Part shown: positions 52,136 to 64,000 of the stretch, one piece after another
Position numbering within the stretch: the first letter of the stretch is position 1
Layout: the number at the start of each line of letters is the position of its first letter
Source: Narcine bancroftii
Lineage: Eukaryota
Assembly (NCBI RefSeq): GCF_036971445.1
Contig: NC_091475.1
Span: 156,612,001 to 156,676,000, forward strand
Length of the DNA: 64,000 bases
Direction of reading: 5' to 3'
Made by a program: the position numbers and the translations under genes
The notes under the pieces: model-generated
Database searches by the model: none
What the model saw: only the letters and a program-made list of their open reading frames with translations
What the model was told of the DNA's origin: nothing

Positions 52136-53399
52136 GTTTTATTTGCTGTGGGCAGCAGGTACAGCCAGTTGTGTACTACAAGGGGATGTTTTATGATTTG
52201 TAACTCCCAACATGATTCTGAAATATTAGCAAATTCTAATTACCAAATAAATTACCAAATTCTAATTACCAAATAAATATTTTGTCCATGCAATGACTAA
52301 ATTAACGGTATTATACAAACTTTGTCAAATCCAAATCTCCTCGATGAAAGCTGTCCGTGTTCCAAAAGTAGAGATGACCTCCATTTTCTCCTTGAACTCC
52401 CACCTCTCCAACCATTTTAAACCATTTTCAGAGCCTCATTTTCCTACTTTCTCCACTACCATGCCAATAAATGGAGAAAGGTCAATGACCTTGTGGTCAC
52501 TAAATTGAGATCATCCCATCAACTTCCTCTGTGAGTCTCTTCCTTTTCTTGATCTGCTGAGCTTGACTTACCATAAGGTTGCTACCCTGACTTGCCCCAA
52601 AATATATTTATTTCATGCTCTCCATTTCCCTCTTCTGAATGAACTGTTCTTGCTTATGCCTGTTGACCCTACAGACTGATTCCCACCTAGCTGCTGATCA
52701 TCTCTTGCCCCAGTATTAACATCATTGCCTTTCAGTTCTTGCAAACTATTCTCTTCAAGCCAATGTATTTTTTTTCCTCATCAGATCCCTTGAGTGCTCT
52801 GTGACTTCCCAAAGTTATGTTCCTTTTCCCACTGTTCCATGTTGGAATCTCCTCAACCAGGTTTCTCCCCCTGTCATGGCAGATAAGAACTCTTTTTCAA
52901 AATCATGTCTTACATTTCATGATTTTTAGAGACAATAGTACACTATTTTCCCAGTTTTTTCTTCTTTCTGCAACTTTTGAACTAGTTGTCAAAAGAATCC
53001 TCCTCCATTGCCTCTCCACAATTGTTGGTAGATGGGGTCCCTGTTTACGCAACCAGCCATAATCAGAGAATCCCTTGCAGTGGTTTCTCTTCCTCCTGCT
53101 GCACATTACATTTTGGAGCCCTCAAGGATTGACTCTTGTCCTTTGCTACTTGTAACTAAAGGCTTCAGTTGGCTATATCAGAAAATTCAATGTCTGCTCA
53201 CGACACCCAACTCTACCTCTCTACCACTTCTCTAATCTGCTCTATTGCTTCCTATTTTATAAGATGTTTGTCGAACACTTATTCTTGAAAGTATTCCATT
53301 GGACAGAAGATGCAAGAGTTTGAAAACTCGAACCTTCAGATTTAAGGTTCGTTTCCTTCGAGACCTCTCAATGGAAAAAGGTGATTACCGTGATCCCTG

Positions 53400-54480
53400 C
53401 CCCTAGACCCCTCAGTAGGAGAAACATTCTCTCTGCATTAAGCCTGTCCATGCTTTAAGAATCGTGTACGTTTTGATTAGATCCTTTCTCATTTTTCTGA
53501 ACTCTTTTAAAAAAAACAGTCCCTGTCTATTGAATCTCTTCTCATGCAATAAACCTGCCATCCTTGAAACCTGTCTAGTAAATCTTCCCTGCATCTCCTC
53601 CATGGTAAGTACATCCTTTCTTTGGGAAGAAGTTGTTGACCTTCAGTAACCTTTGTACAAGAGCACTATGTATGTCCATTTCAATGTTAATATTATCTAA
53701 ATCTCTCATCATTTGACAAATGCTCCGCTTTTCCTTTATTCACAACAAAGAGGGATGACCTCACATTTTTCACATTATATTCCATAGACTATGATCTCAT
53801 GCACTCACAAGCTTTTTCATTTCCCTTTGAAGCTGCTTTACATTATTTTCCATACTCCCAGTACCTCATTATTTACTATTATCAGAAAACATGGACATAT
53901 TTTAATACTCTCAGCCAAATTGTTAATGTATATCCTGAACATCTGGGGCCCAAATAGTGAACCCAACAGAACCCCACTAGTCACAGGCTGCCAACCTGAG
54001 AAGGATCCATTATTCCCATATTTTGCCTTTTGTTCAATATTCAATTTTAAATCCATGTCTGTATATTACCCTAATTCTACATGTTCTAACCTTCATGGGG
54101 GACCTTATGAAAAGTCTTATCAAAATCCAAATACATAAGATCCACTAGTCACCTCTCATCTTTTCCACTAATTACATCCTCAAAGAATTCCATTAGATTT
54201 GTCTATCATGATTTTTTCTTTCTTTATTTGACTTTTCTTAAGCCAATTATTTTCAAAGTGCTCTGTTATTTCATCATTATGGAGTCCAGCATTTTCCCAA
54301 CCACTCCCAACAAATTGGTAGTTACCTGTTTTTGCTCTCCCTCTTTTCCAAATCATAAAGTCACATTGGCTATACTCCAATCTCCAGAACTTGAAAGATG
54401 ACAACTAAAGCTTTCTCCAAATTCACGTCTGTTAAAATTGTAGGATGTGGAAATCGTGTTCTGAGATTGATTGGCTTCTC
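53400..54480 (-). mobile_element. Decayed CR1 LINE
   Basis: NGSFSGWQPVTSGVLLGSLFGPQMFRIYINNL (ORF 53838..54056) and MEEMQGRFTR...RKDLIKTYTILK. Confidence 0.75.
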
Positions 54481-54564
54481 TATTGCTGAATTCCAATTAT
54501 TGGTTATTTCTTCAGGTTCTCATTCTCACCAGACAATTTGTTCACTAATTGAACAAATTATGCA

Positions 54565-54783
54565 GTGGATATATTAGTGGATTCATGGATATATTAGTGG
54601 ATTCATGGATATATTAGTGGATTCCTGGATATATTAGTGGATTCCTGGATATATTCGTGGATTCCTGGATATATTCGTGGATTCCTGGATATATTCGTGG
54701 ATTCCTGGATATATTCGTGGATTCGTGGATATATTAGTGGATTCGTGGATATAGTAGTGGATTCGTGGATATATTAGTGGATA
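54565..54783. repeat. Minisatellite, 20-bp unit (NTGGATATATTMGTGGATTC) x ~11
   Basis: Directly visible in the sequence. Confidence 0.95.
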
Positions 54784-55545
54784 GATTTCTGTGAAAACAG
54801 ATACAAACTAACTGTGTTAATTCCTCTGCTGTTTTCTTATTTGCCAACATAAACTCAGCTGTCAATTAGGGAGTTCCTGGTGCTCACCACTCGATGAAAA
54901 ATTGTTTTCTCAATTCCCTTCCAATCCTTCTATAATTTTTATTAAAGTGGTTTAATTGATGTTGAAACTTGAGTAACATAATTGGACTTTAACGTTTTAA
55001 TATTCATGATCTTTGCAAGCGCCTGCAGAAGGTGGACTTTGTGATCCTGAAAACTCAGAATTGAAACATCAGGAGCAGAGCACACTGTCGTTTCCACACA
55101 GCCTTCTTTTAAGCCAATAGCTGCTTAGTGACCACAAGTTGTCGAGGTTTATGGGTGAACTTAACTATAAACCCTCAGTGGAATGTTGCTCCAGTACTCT
55201 AAAGTAAATTTGCACTCATTCCTGAAGAATTTTTCAAGCAAATAAAAATGAAATGTATTAATAAATAAAAAGATGAAATCTACTTTCTAGGTCATCAACG
55301 CAAGATGAATTAAGCTATCATTTTGTAAAGGCAAATCTTTCAACCCTTGTACATTTTCTGCAGTTACCATAGTAACAAACATCTTTAAGGGGAGTACAGT
55401 CTGTTTGCAGAAATATGAAAACAATTCTGCAGAACTATTGTTCTTGTCTCTGCCGTCATTACTAGTTTCTAGTTAATAAATCCAGAAAGGAAACAATTCA
55501 TGTTTCCTGTATTGTCATTATTTAATTCTTGTGTAAATATGTTAA

Positions 55546-55956
55546 CCATCGCCTTCCCAAGATCGTGTTATATGGCAAGCTCTCCACTGGCCACCGTGAC
55601 AGAGGTGCACCAAAGAAGAGATACAAGGACTGCCTAAAGAAATCTCTTGGTGCCTGCCACATTGACCACCGCCAGTGGGCTGATATCGCCTCAAACCGTG
55701 CATCTTGGCGCCTCACAGTTCGGCGGGCAGCAACCTCCTTTGAAGAACACTGTAGAGCCCACCTCACTGACAAAAGACAAAGGAGGAAAAACCCAACACC
55801 CAACCCCAACCAACCAATTTTCCCCTGCAACCGCTGCAACCGTGTCTGCCTGTCCCGCATCGGACTTGTCAGCCACAATCGAGCCTGCAGCTGACGTGGA
55901 CATTTACCCCCTCCATAAATCTTCGTCCGCGAAGCCAATCCAAAGAAGAAAAGAAG
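55546..55956 (+). mobile_element. RTE-clade LINE, copy 3, 3' ~410 bp
   Basis: Same C-terminus and 3' UTR with a (GAA)n tail. 11-bp TSD AAATATGTTAA at 55535-55545 and 55957-55967. Confidence 0.93.
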
Positions 55957-56134
55957 AAATATGTTAATGCAATAGGAGATCATAAATCCTTTTTGTTTAT
56001 ATATAGGAGATCATAAATCCTTTTTTCTTATCTACAAATGTTAAATCTAACATCTTTGAGACTGTGTGAAACATGAAGGTAGGCAAAAATAAAGAAGGAA
56101 AGAAATAGTGGTCAAAATCCCTCAATCCTTCTAA

Positions 56135-56875
56135 ATAAAAACAAAATGCTGGAGAAGCTCAGCAGATAAAACAGGGTCCTTTATGTAGCAACGGCAAAGA
56201 TACAGAACCCAGGTTTTAAACTTGAGCTTTTTATCAAAGTATGAGAAATGCCAGCAAGCATCTAAACAAAAGAGCGGGGGAGGGGAGGTGGTGGCAAGGC
56301 AGGAGATGATGGGTGGAGAAAGGAGGGAGGGGACAGCGGAATGAGGGGGAGGGAGGATGGTAGGGCTGGTGAAAGAATTGGAAGGACAGGAAAGGAGGAG
56401 GGGGAAGAAAAGGTAAGCAGGTTTAATGGAAAGTAGTAGTCAATGTTCATGCCATGTCTGGAGGGTGCCCAGACAGAAAATAAGGTGTTGTTCCTCCAAA
56501 CTGCAGGTGGTCATGGTGGGACAGTACATAAGACAGATGTGTGAGTGCGGGAGTGTGACCCAGAGTTGAAATGGTTGGCCACTGGGAGGTCACTGATTAT
56601 AAACAGAGCAGAGCTGCTGAGTGAAGTGATCTCCCAGTTTCTCTCCGATGTAGAGAATGCAATAAAGGGTAAACCAGATGCAATAGATAAGTCCTCTGGA
56701 TGTGCAAGAGAAGTATTGCTTCACCTGAAAGCCCTGTTTGGGGTCCCAGACCTTAGTGAGGGAGGAGATGTGGGTGCAAATGTTGCACCTCCTGCAGGTA
56801 CAGGGGAAGGTGCTGGAGGTGCAATGGGTGGGGAGGGATGAGTGCATGAGGGAATCGTGGAGGGAGCAGCCCTTC
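56135..56875 (-). mobile_element. Penelope-like element, GIY-YIG endonuclease remnant
   Basis: TFPCTCRRCNIC...FQVKQYFSCTSRGLIYCIW...LYIGE (ORF 56590..56847), followed by a typical terminal repeat AAATGCTGGAGAAGCTCAGCAG. Confidence 0.82.
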
Positions 56876-57442
56876 TACCATATATTTAGTAAGAACTAGA
56901 ATTATCTAATTTTAATTTCTGTTAAGGTGTTTTCAATGTCTAAACCAATGCAAGAGTAAACCAAAGACATTTGGTCCCAAGTTGATGAATTCCCACATCT
57001 CCATGCTCAGAAACACAGCAAGTTCTTAGTAGCTGGTTATCCAGTATAATATAAGCCCAAAAAATCCTCTCCAATCTCTACGGGATCTTCTCACGTCAAT
57101 GTCCTTGCTGCTGCTTCAACTCTCCACCTACTCCTGTTCTACCTTTCAACCTTACCAGCTGTCAGGCCAGTAGTTTGAATGCTTGTGAATACCCTTGGCA
57201 TTCATATGCATTTCCACATGTTCCTACATATTCACAAACTATTAAAATATTTTACATTGCAAAAAGCTAGGAAACACAAAGGTAATTAAATGCATTCAAT
57301 AAATTCAAAAAAGCTGTAAATGCCCTAACTTGCTTGATTCCCTTTCCATTTACATTGAAGTGAATGGAACTGCTGAACCTGCAGCATGTATAACCTGGCA
57401 AAGACTGAGTAGGTAGATTTCCCTCATTGCTATTTTGGTTAA

Positions 57443-59021
57443 ACTGCTCAAACTACAGGGGAATCACGTTGCTCTCCATTGCAGGCAAAATCTTCGCTAG
57501 GATTCTACTAAATAGAATAATACCTAGTGTCGCTGAGAATATTCTCCCAGAATCACAGTGCGGCTTTCGCGCAAACAGAGGAACCACTGACATGGTCTTT
57601 GCCCTCAGACAGCTCCAAGAAAAGTGCAGAGAACAAAACAAAGGACTCTACATCACCTTTGTTGACCTCACCAAAGCCTTCGACACCGTGAGCAGGAAAG
57701 GGCTTTGGCAAATACTAGAGCGCATCGGATGTACCCCAAAGTTCCTCAACATGATTATCCAACTGCACGAAAACCAACAAGGTCGGGTCAGATACAGCAA
57801 TGAGCTCTCTGAACCCTTCTCCATTAACAATGGCGTGAAGCAAGGCTGTGTTCTCGCACCAACCCTCTTTTCAATCTTCTTCAGCATGATGCTGAACCAA
57901 GTCATGAAAGACCCCAACAATGAAGACGCTGTTTACATCCGGTACCGCACGGATGGCAGTCTCTTCAATCTGAGGCGCCTGCAAGCTCACACCAAGACAC
58001 AAGAGAAACTTGTCCGTGAACTACTCTTTGCAGATGATGCCGCTTTAGTTGCCCATTCAGAGCCAGCTCTTCAGCGCTTGACGTCCTGCTTTGCGGAAAC
58101 TGCCAAAATGTTTGGCCTGGAAGTCAGCCTGAAGAAAACTGAGGTCCTCCATCAGCCAGCTCCCCACCATGACTACCAGCCCCCCCACATCTCCATCGGG
58201 CACACAAAACTCAAAACGGTCAACCAGTTTACCTATCTCGGCTGCACCATTTCATCAGATGCAAAGATCGACAATGAGATAGACAACAGACTCGCCAAGG
58301 CAAATAGCGCCTTTGGAAGACTACACAAAAGAGTCTGGAGAAACAACCAACTGAAAAACCTCACAAAGATAAGCGTATACAGAGCCGTTGTCATACCCAC
58401 ACTCCTGTTCGGCTCCGAATCATGGGTCCTCTACCGGCACCACCTACGGCTCCTAGAACGCTTCCACCAGCGTTGTCTCCGCTCCATCCTCAACATCCAT
58501 TGGAGCGCTCACACCCCTAACGTCGAGGTACTCGAGATGGCAGAGGTCGACAGCATCGAGTCCACGCTGCTGAAGATCCAGCTGCGCTGGATGGGTCACG
58601 TCTCCAGAATGGAGGACCATCGCCTTCCCAAGATCGTATTATATGGCGAGCTCTCCACTGGCCACCGTGACAGAGGTGCACCAAAGAAAAGGTACAAGGA
58701 CTGCCTAAAGAAATCTCTTGGTGCCTGCCACATTGACCACCGCCAGTGGGCTGATAACGCCTCAAACCGTGCATCTTGGCGCCTCACAGTTTGGCGGGCA
58801 GCAGCCTCCTTTGAAGAAGACCGCAGAGCCTACCTCACTGACAAAAGGCAAAGGAGGAAAAACCCAACACCCAACCCCAACCAACCAATTTTCCCTTGCA
58901 ACCGCTGCAATCGTGTCTGCCTGTCCCGCATCGGACTGGTCAGCCACAAACGAGCCTGCAGCTGACGTGGACTTTTTACCCCCTCCATAAATCTTCGTCC
59001 GCGAAGCCAAGCCAAAGAAGA
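57443..59021 (+). mobile_element. RTE-clade LINE, copy 4, 5'-truncated with uninterrupted RT ORF
   Basis: ORF 57427..58965 ([38 protein letters not shown]-terminal zinc-finger-like motif). 11-bp TSD ATTTTGGTTAA at 57432-57442 and 59022-59032. Confidence 0.95.
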
Positions 59022-59204
59022 ATTTTGGTTAACATAATCCAGGTAAAGGGACTTTCTCTACTTTTCTTTTTGAGGGAAAATGAAACTGATAGCAAATGGA
59101 TTTATTAGCATTCCCAACTTCTCTAAACCTGAGGAGGAAATTAATGACACCTCTTCCTCCTCCTCCTCCTCCTCTTTATAGTTGATCACTCACTGAAGGT
59201 GCAT

Positions 59205-59995
59205 TACCACAGAACTCTTGAACAAAAGGAGATGGTTATGGATGTACAAGGTCAAACATCCCAGCTCCAGGACACCACTGCAGGAGTCATTCAGGGCATT
59301 CGTAGTTCCAACATTCTTCAACTGTATCCTAAATAGCCTTCAAGACATGAGGTGCGGATGTGTGCACGATGTTCAAAGCTATTCACAACTGTCCAAAAAA
59401 TGAACTAGCCCAGAACTTTACAGCAGAACCTAAATAATTCTTGCACAACAAAAGTGCCAGTGAGTGAACATCTTCAACAACAGCACGTCCTAATATTCAA
59501 TCCCATCTTCCGCCCCTCAGTGAACATCTAGACACACCATTGACCAGAGACACAACTGCAATAGGGATAAATTCTCTGGCAACAAAAGCAGATCAGAGGC
59601 TTGGTATCCTTTGGTGAGTTGCTCACCTGCTGAAAAATGCTTGATTGTTTGGCAACTCATCCAACAACGAAGCACTCAGTACCATCACTGCTGGTTTATT
59701 GTGGTTGCAGTGTTCTCCATGTGCAAACTGCATTGAAATTGCTTGTCTCTGCTTCTCTGAGATCAGGTGTCATCATTGTGACTTCTCCCACCATCATGTT
59801 CCCTTCCAAGTTGCACATTATCTTGATATGAAAAGACATCACAATTCCTCATCAATACTGGTTCCAAATCCTGGAATTCCTTATTTAACTGCATTGTAAG
59901 AGCACATTGTCCAAAATAATGGCAGCAATTCACAAAGAAGCTTCACCACCATCTTCTCAAGGAATGGGCGATAAATATTGGACTTGCCAGCAATT
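59205..59995 (+). mobile_element. Old CR1/L2-type LINE remnant
   Basis: Decayed RT C-terminal text (CAGGAGTC..TCAGGGC, CTTCAACTGT...AATAGCCTT, ACAAAAGCAGATCAGAGGCTTGG) and a 3' end GGGCGATAAATATTGG. Confidence 0.5.
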
Positions 59996-62125
59996 GAATT
60001 AATACATAAAAAGTTGATTCATTGCTTACTGAGGGTTTCTTCTGAACTGGTGGCTTTTGTGATACTCCTGATATCACTGATTGTTTCCTCTCAAGTCACG
60101 AAGCATGCTTTAAATAGATCAACTACACTGCTCATTGAATGTCCTTCCAATTATTGAACATATAGTATCACTCTATGTGGCTTTGATACCATGATATGTG
60201 AAGAACAGAGCCAGACCATGAAATAAATTATCCAAACATTTTGTGAATTTCTAACTGCAGAATCTTCTACATATTGATAGAATGGGAAAAGAGCTATTAA
60301 GGAAATTAAAAGGTTGGGAACTTGAACAGCTATTGGTGAAGTCCAACTATCAGGTCCAACAAGCAACAAGTCCTGTTCCAGAATGCTGCAAATATCTGCC
60401 AGAATGTGATACTCTACCCTTCTGAGATGTTGGTGTTCTTAAATTTTACAGCAACTTGGTAATTTTGGCTGTCTGTAAGTTAGACCAGTTCTTAATTTCC
60501 TCCTCCCTCACCCTTCATTTGCAACTGCTGGAATGTGAGGTCAACTTTTTTTTTTCTCCCCCAAGACTTGTATATGACATTCCTTTGTGGATCTCTAAGT
60601 ATAGCATTAGAAATGGGGCATCTGCATGAAAAAAGTTTGGTGAAAATTCAACAAAATTTATAAACTTTGCCTGAGTTTCACAAATCTTCCTCCAAGGTTT
60701 GCTAAACCATTTCCCAACAGAATCTCTACAACACAAGCCTTCTGTGTCATTCAGGAATACAACTGTCAGGCTGCAGTATTTCTGGTCAGGTTTGTCTGAC
60801 AATTTTTCAGCCCTTAATAATTGCCACTGTGCTCACTTTATTTTCACTGGTAAATTCCAGAAATCTCGAGAAGCACATGTACACTGAGCCATATTCCCAA
60901 ACGATGACCTTTCTAAAGTGCCCCTCATATGGGAATTAGGAAAGCATGGTTTAAATACATAGTGAAATGGGTTTTGAATGTACTGTCACATTTAAAATAT
61001 TTAACTCCTTATCTGATCACAAATTCCATGATAGTTTTCATGAATGGAGGGAGGTTAGTAATCAGATACGGCAGCAATTGATGAAAGAAAAACCTGGGTA
61101 CAAGTGATTTTTAAAATTTTTTATAGAACAGTATATTATCGTAACCTAGAATTAATATCCTAAAAGGGTGGTATGAACAGATTCTGTAACGATGTTCTTC
61201 AGGAAATTTGCAATTTTTTTTCTTTACAGTAGAGAGAGCTGGTGGATGACACAATTTGGATAGATTTTTTTCTGAGCATTGGCAAAGATGCTAAAAGTCG
61301 AATGGTTTCTTTACTATATTATTCTGTGATTCTACAATAAAAAGTATGATTTGCTGCCAGCGTATATTCAGGCCAAATTCTATTTGAGACAGCATTATTT
61401 TTCTACTTTTCAGTGAGTTGTAATTTAAGTAAAATTTATTTGGCAATGTATTTTCTTAGTTTGTGGAAGGGCATGAAAATGTTTTGTCACAATAGCTTTG
61501 AGGTTAAACTATGAGATATGATACACGCCACTTCAGTGGAGGCATTCATTTGGTAATAGCCAAGAAATAATTTCAAACAAATATGTAAAATATTTAATTC
61601 AGGCATCTAACAGAGTAATTTTAATCCTAGTGTAATTTTCTTAATAGTCTTCAGTTGAAAATAAAAACTGCAAAATATTACAACAATCAAAGGAGCATCT
61701 CTTTCTTATTTGCTACTTTTCATATTATCTGATTACTTATTTTTAATCCAATAGATGGGTGTCCTGGTTTCTTTGTGTAATACGTGTTCTGATTTTTTTT
61801 TAATAGAAGATTATTTTTCAAAACCATGTTAACCATCTTTGTCGATCAAGTTTCATCTGATATTTCACTCATACCCAGTGTTAAGGCAGCCTTCAGCTCT
61901 CACATAATGACTCGTTTACATTTAATGGTAATATGAGATGTTCCAAAGGTTGGACAAAAGCCATTTCTCATACAAGGAGCCCACTAAAGCCTTTGCTAGA
62001 GCTTTTGTTTTCTCCTTGTCTGCAAGTAAATTTAAAGTGAATGAATTTTTAAAAATCATTACAGTAGATGTAATTTATTTACAAAAGCTTTTGGTTTATA
62101 TATAGTTAGGTTTTATTTAAGTTGA

Positions 62126-64000
62126 CTGAATGGGCAACTAAAGCGGCATCATCTGCAAAGAGTAGTTCACGGACAAGTTTCTCTTGTGTCTTGGTGTGAG
62201 CTTGCAGGCGCCTCAGATTGAAGAGACTGCCATCCGTGCGGTACCGGATGTAAACAGCGTCTTCATTGTTGGGGTCTTTCATGGCTTGGTTCAGCATCAT
62301 GCTGAAGAAGATTGAAAAGAGGGTTGGTGCGAGAACACAGCCTTGCTTCACGCCATTGTTAATGGAGAAGGGTTCAGAGAGCTCATTGCTGTATCTGACC
62401 CGACCTTGTTGGTTTTCGTGCAGTTGGATAATCATGTTGAGGAACTTTGGGGGACATCCGATGCGCTCTAGTATTTGCCAAAGCCCTTTCCTGCTCACGG
62501 TGTCGAAGGCTTTGGTGAGGTCAACAAAGGTGATGTAGAGTCCTTTGTTTTGTTCTCTGCACTTTTCTTGGAGCTGTCTGAGGGCAAAGACCATGTCAGT
62601 GGTTCCTCTGTTTGCGCGAAAGCCACACTGTGATTCTGGGAGAATATTCTCGGCGACACTAGGTATTATTCTATTTAGTAGAATCCTAGCGAAGATTTTG
62701 CCTGCAATGGAGAGCAACGTGATTCCCCTGTAGTTTGAGCAGTCTGATTTCTCGCCTTTGTTTTTGTACAGGGTGATGATGGTGGCATCACGAAGATCCT
62801 GAGGCAGTTTACCTTGGTCCCAACAAAGCTTGAAAAACTCATGCAGTTTGGCATGCAGAGTTTTGCCGCCAGCCTTCCAGACTTCTGGGGGGATTCCATC
62901 CATACCTGCTGCTTTGCCACTTTTCAGTTGTTCGATTGCCTTATATGTCTCATCCAGGGTGGGAACCTCATCCAGCTCTAGCCTTAGGGGCTGTTGAGGG
63001 AGCTGGAGCAGGGCGGAATCTTGGACTGAGCGGTTGGCACTGAAAAGAGATTGGAAGTGTTCTGACCATCGGTTGAGGATGGAGATCTTGTCGCTGAGGA
63101 GGACTTTGCCGTCTGAGCTGCGCAGCGGGCTTTGGACTTGGGGTGAGGGGCCGTACACAGCCTTTAGAGCCTCGTAGAAACCCCTGAAGTCGCCAATGTC
63201 CGCGCTGAGCTGTGTTCGTTTGGCGAGGCTAGTCCACCACTCATTTTGGATCTCCCGGAGTTTGCGCTGAAGATGGCTGCATGCGCGACGGAAGGCTTGT
63301 TTCTTCTCTGGACAGGACGGCTTTGTAAGGTGAGCCTGGTGGGCAGCTCGCTTCTTTGCCAGCAGCTCCTGGATTTCCTGGCTGTTTTCGTCAAACCAGT
63401 CCTTGTTTTTCCTGGAGGAGAAGCCCAGTACCTCTTCAGTGGATTGCAGTATGGTAGTCTTCAACTGATCCCAGAGGGTTTCAGGGGACGGGTCCGTGAG
63501 GCGGGTTGCAACGTCGAGCTTTGCTTTGAGGTTTGCCTGGAAGTTTCCTCTCGCTTCGTCTGACTGCAGTTTTCCAACATTGAACCTCTTTCTGGGGGCT
63601 TCATTGTTCCTGGGCTTTGGCTTGAAGTGAAGGTTGAGCTTGCAGCGAACCAGCCGGTGGTCAGTGTGGCATTCCGCGCTAGGCATGACCCTGGTGTGGA
63701 GCACATCTTGTTTGTCACTTTCTTGCACCAGGATGTAGTCCAGGAGGTGCCAGTGTTTGGATCGGGGATGCATCCAGGTGGTCTTAAGGCTGTCCCTCTG
63801 CTGAAAAAGGGTGTTTGTAATGACAAGCCGCTGTTCTGCGCAGAGCTCCAACAGGAGGCGCCCATTGTCGTTGCACTTGCCGACGCCATGCTTGCCCAGG
63901 ATTCCTGGCCAGGTTTCTGAGTCTTTGCCGACACGAGCGTTGAAGTCGCCCAGGATGACAACCTTGTCGGCTGTAGGGGTACGTTGGATGAGGTTGCGCA
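62126..64000 (-). mobile_element. RTE-clade LINE, copy 5: AP-endonuclease plus N-terminal RT, ends just after FADD and runs off the window
   Basis: ORF 62106..63851 has endonuclease motifs (GDFNARVG upstream of the annotated start, [23 protein letters not shown]) and the RT. Homology stops abruptly at ...ALVAHS (62126). Confidence 0.95.

Noticed and set aside
54565-54783. CRISPR-like regular repeats (also the arrays at 19053 and 23315)
   Set aside because: Units are contiguous with no unique spacers, there are no cas genes, and the context is a vertebrate intron. These are ordinary tandem repeats.

Overview
Eukaryotic, AT-rich, repeat-dense DNA that looks like a cartilaginous fish (shark or ray). 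The organism call is inferred from the mix of V-SINE/HE1-type SINEs, CR1, Rex1/Babar, L1/Tx1, Penelope and Tc1 repeats. The window lies inside very long introns of a + strand DLG-family MAGUK gene, most likely dlg2/PSD-93. One clear 115-bp coding exon (36674-36788, PDZ3-SH3 linker) sits at the end of a repeat-free block of about 3.6 kb that also holds a candidate extra in-frame exon. The rest is mostly transposon debris: five young, near-identical RTE-clade (AviRTE-like) LINE copies, two nested L1/Tx1 elements, Tc1 copies (one carrying a Harbinger-like MITE), hAT MITEs, a deleted Gypsy LTR element, a probable solo LTR, SINEs, CR1/Rex1/Penelope fragments and several tandem arrays. Best leads: (1) the Gypsy element has no tRNA primer-binding site and instead has a leader perfectly complementary to its own LTR poly(A)-signal region; (2) a CpG-rich, phase-compatible cryptic dlg2 exon at 33223; (3) the young RTE family, with a possible target-site motif, a possible twin-primed inversion and possible horizontal origin. 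All calls were made by eye, without alignments or database searches.
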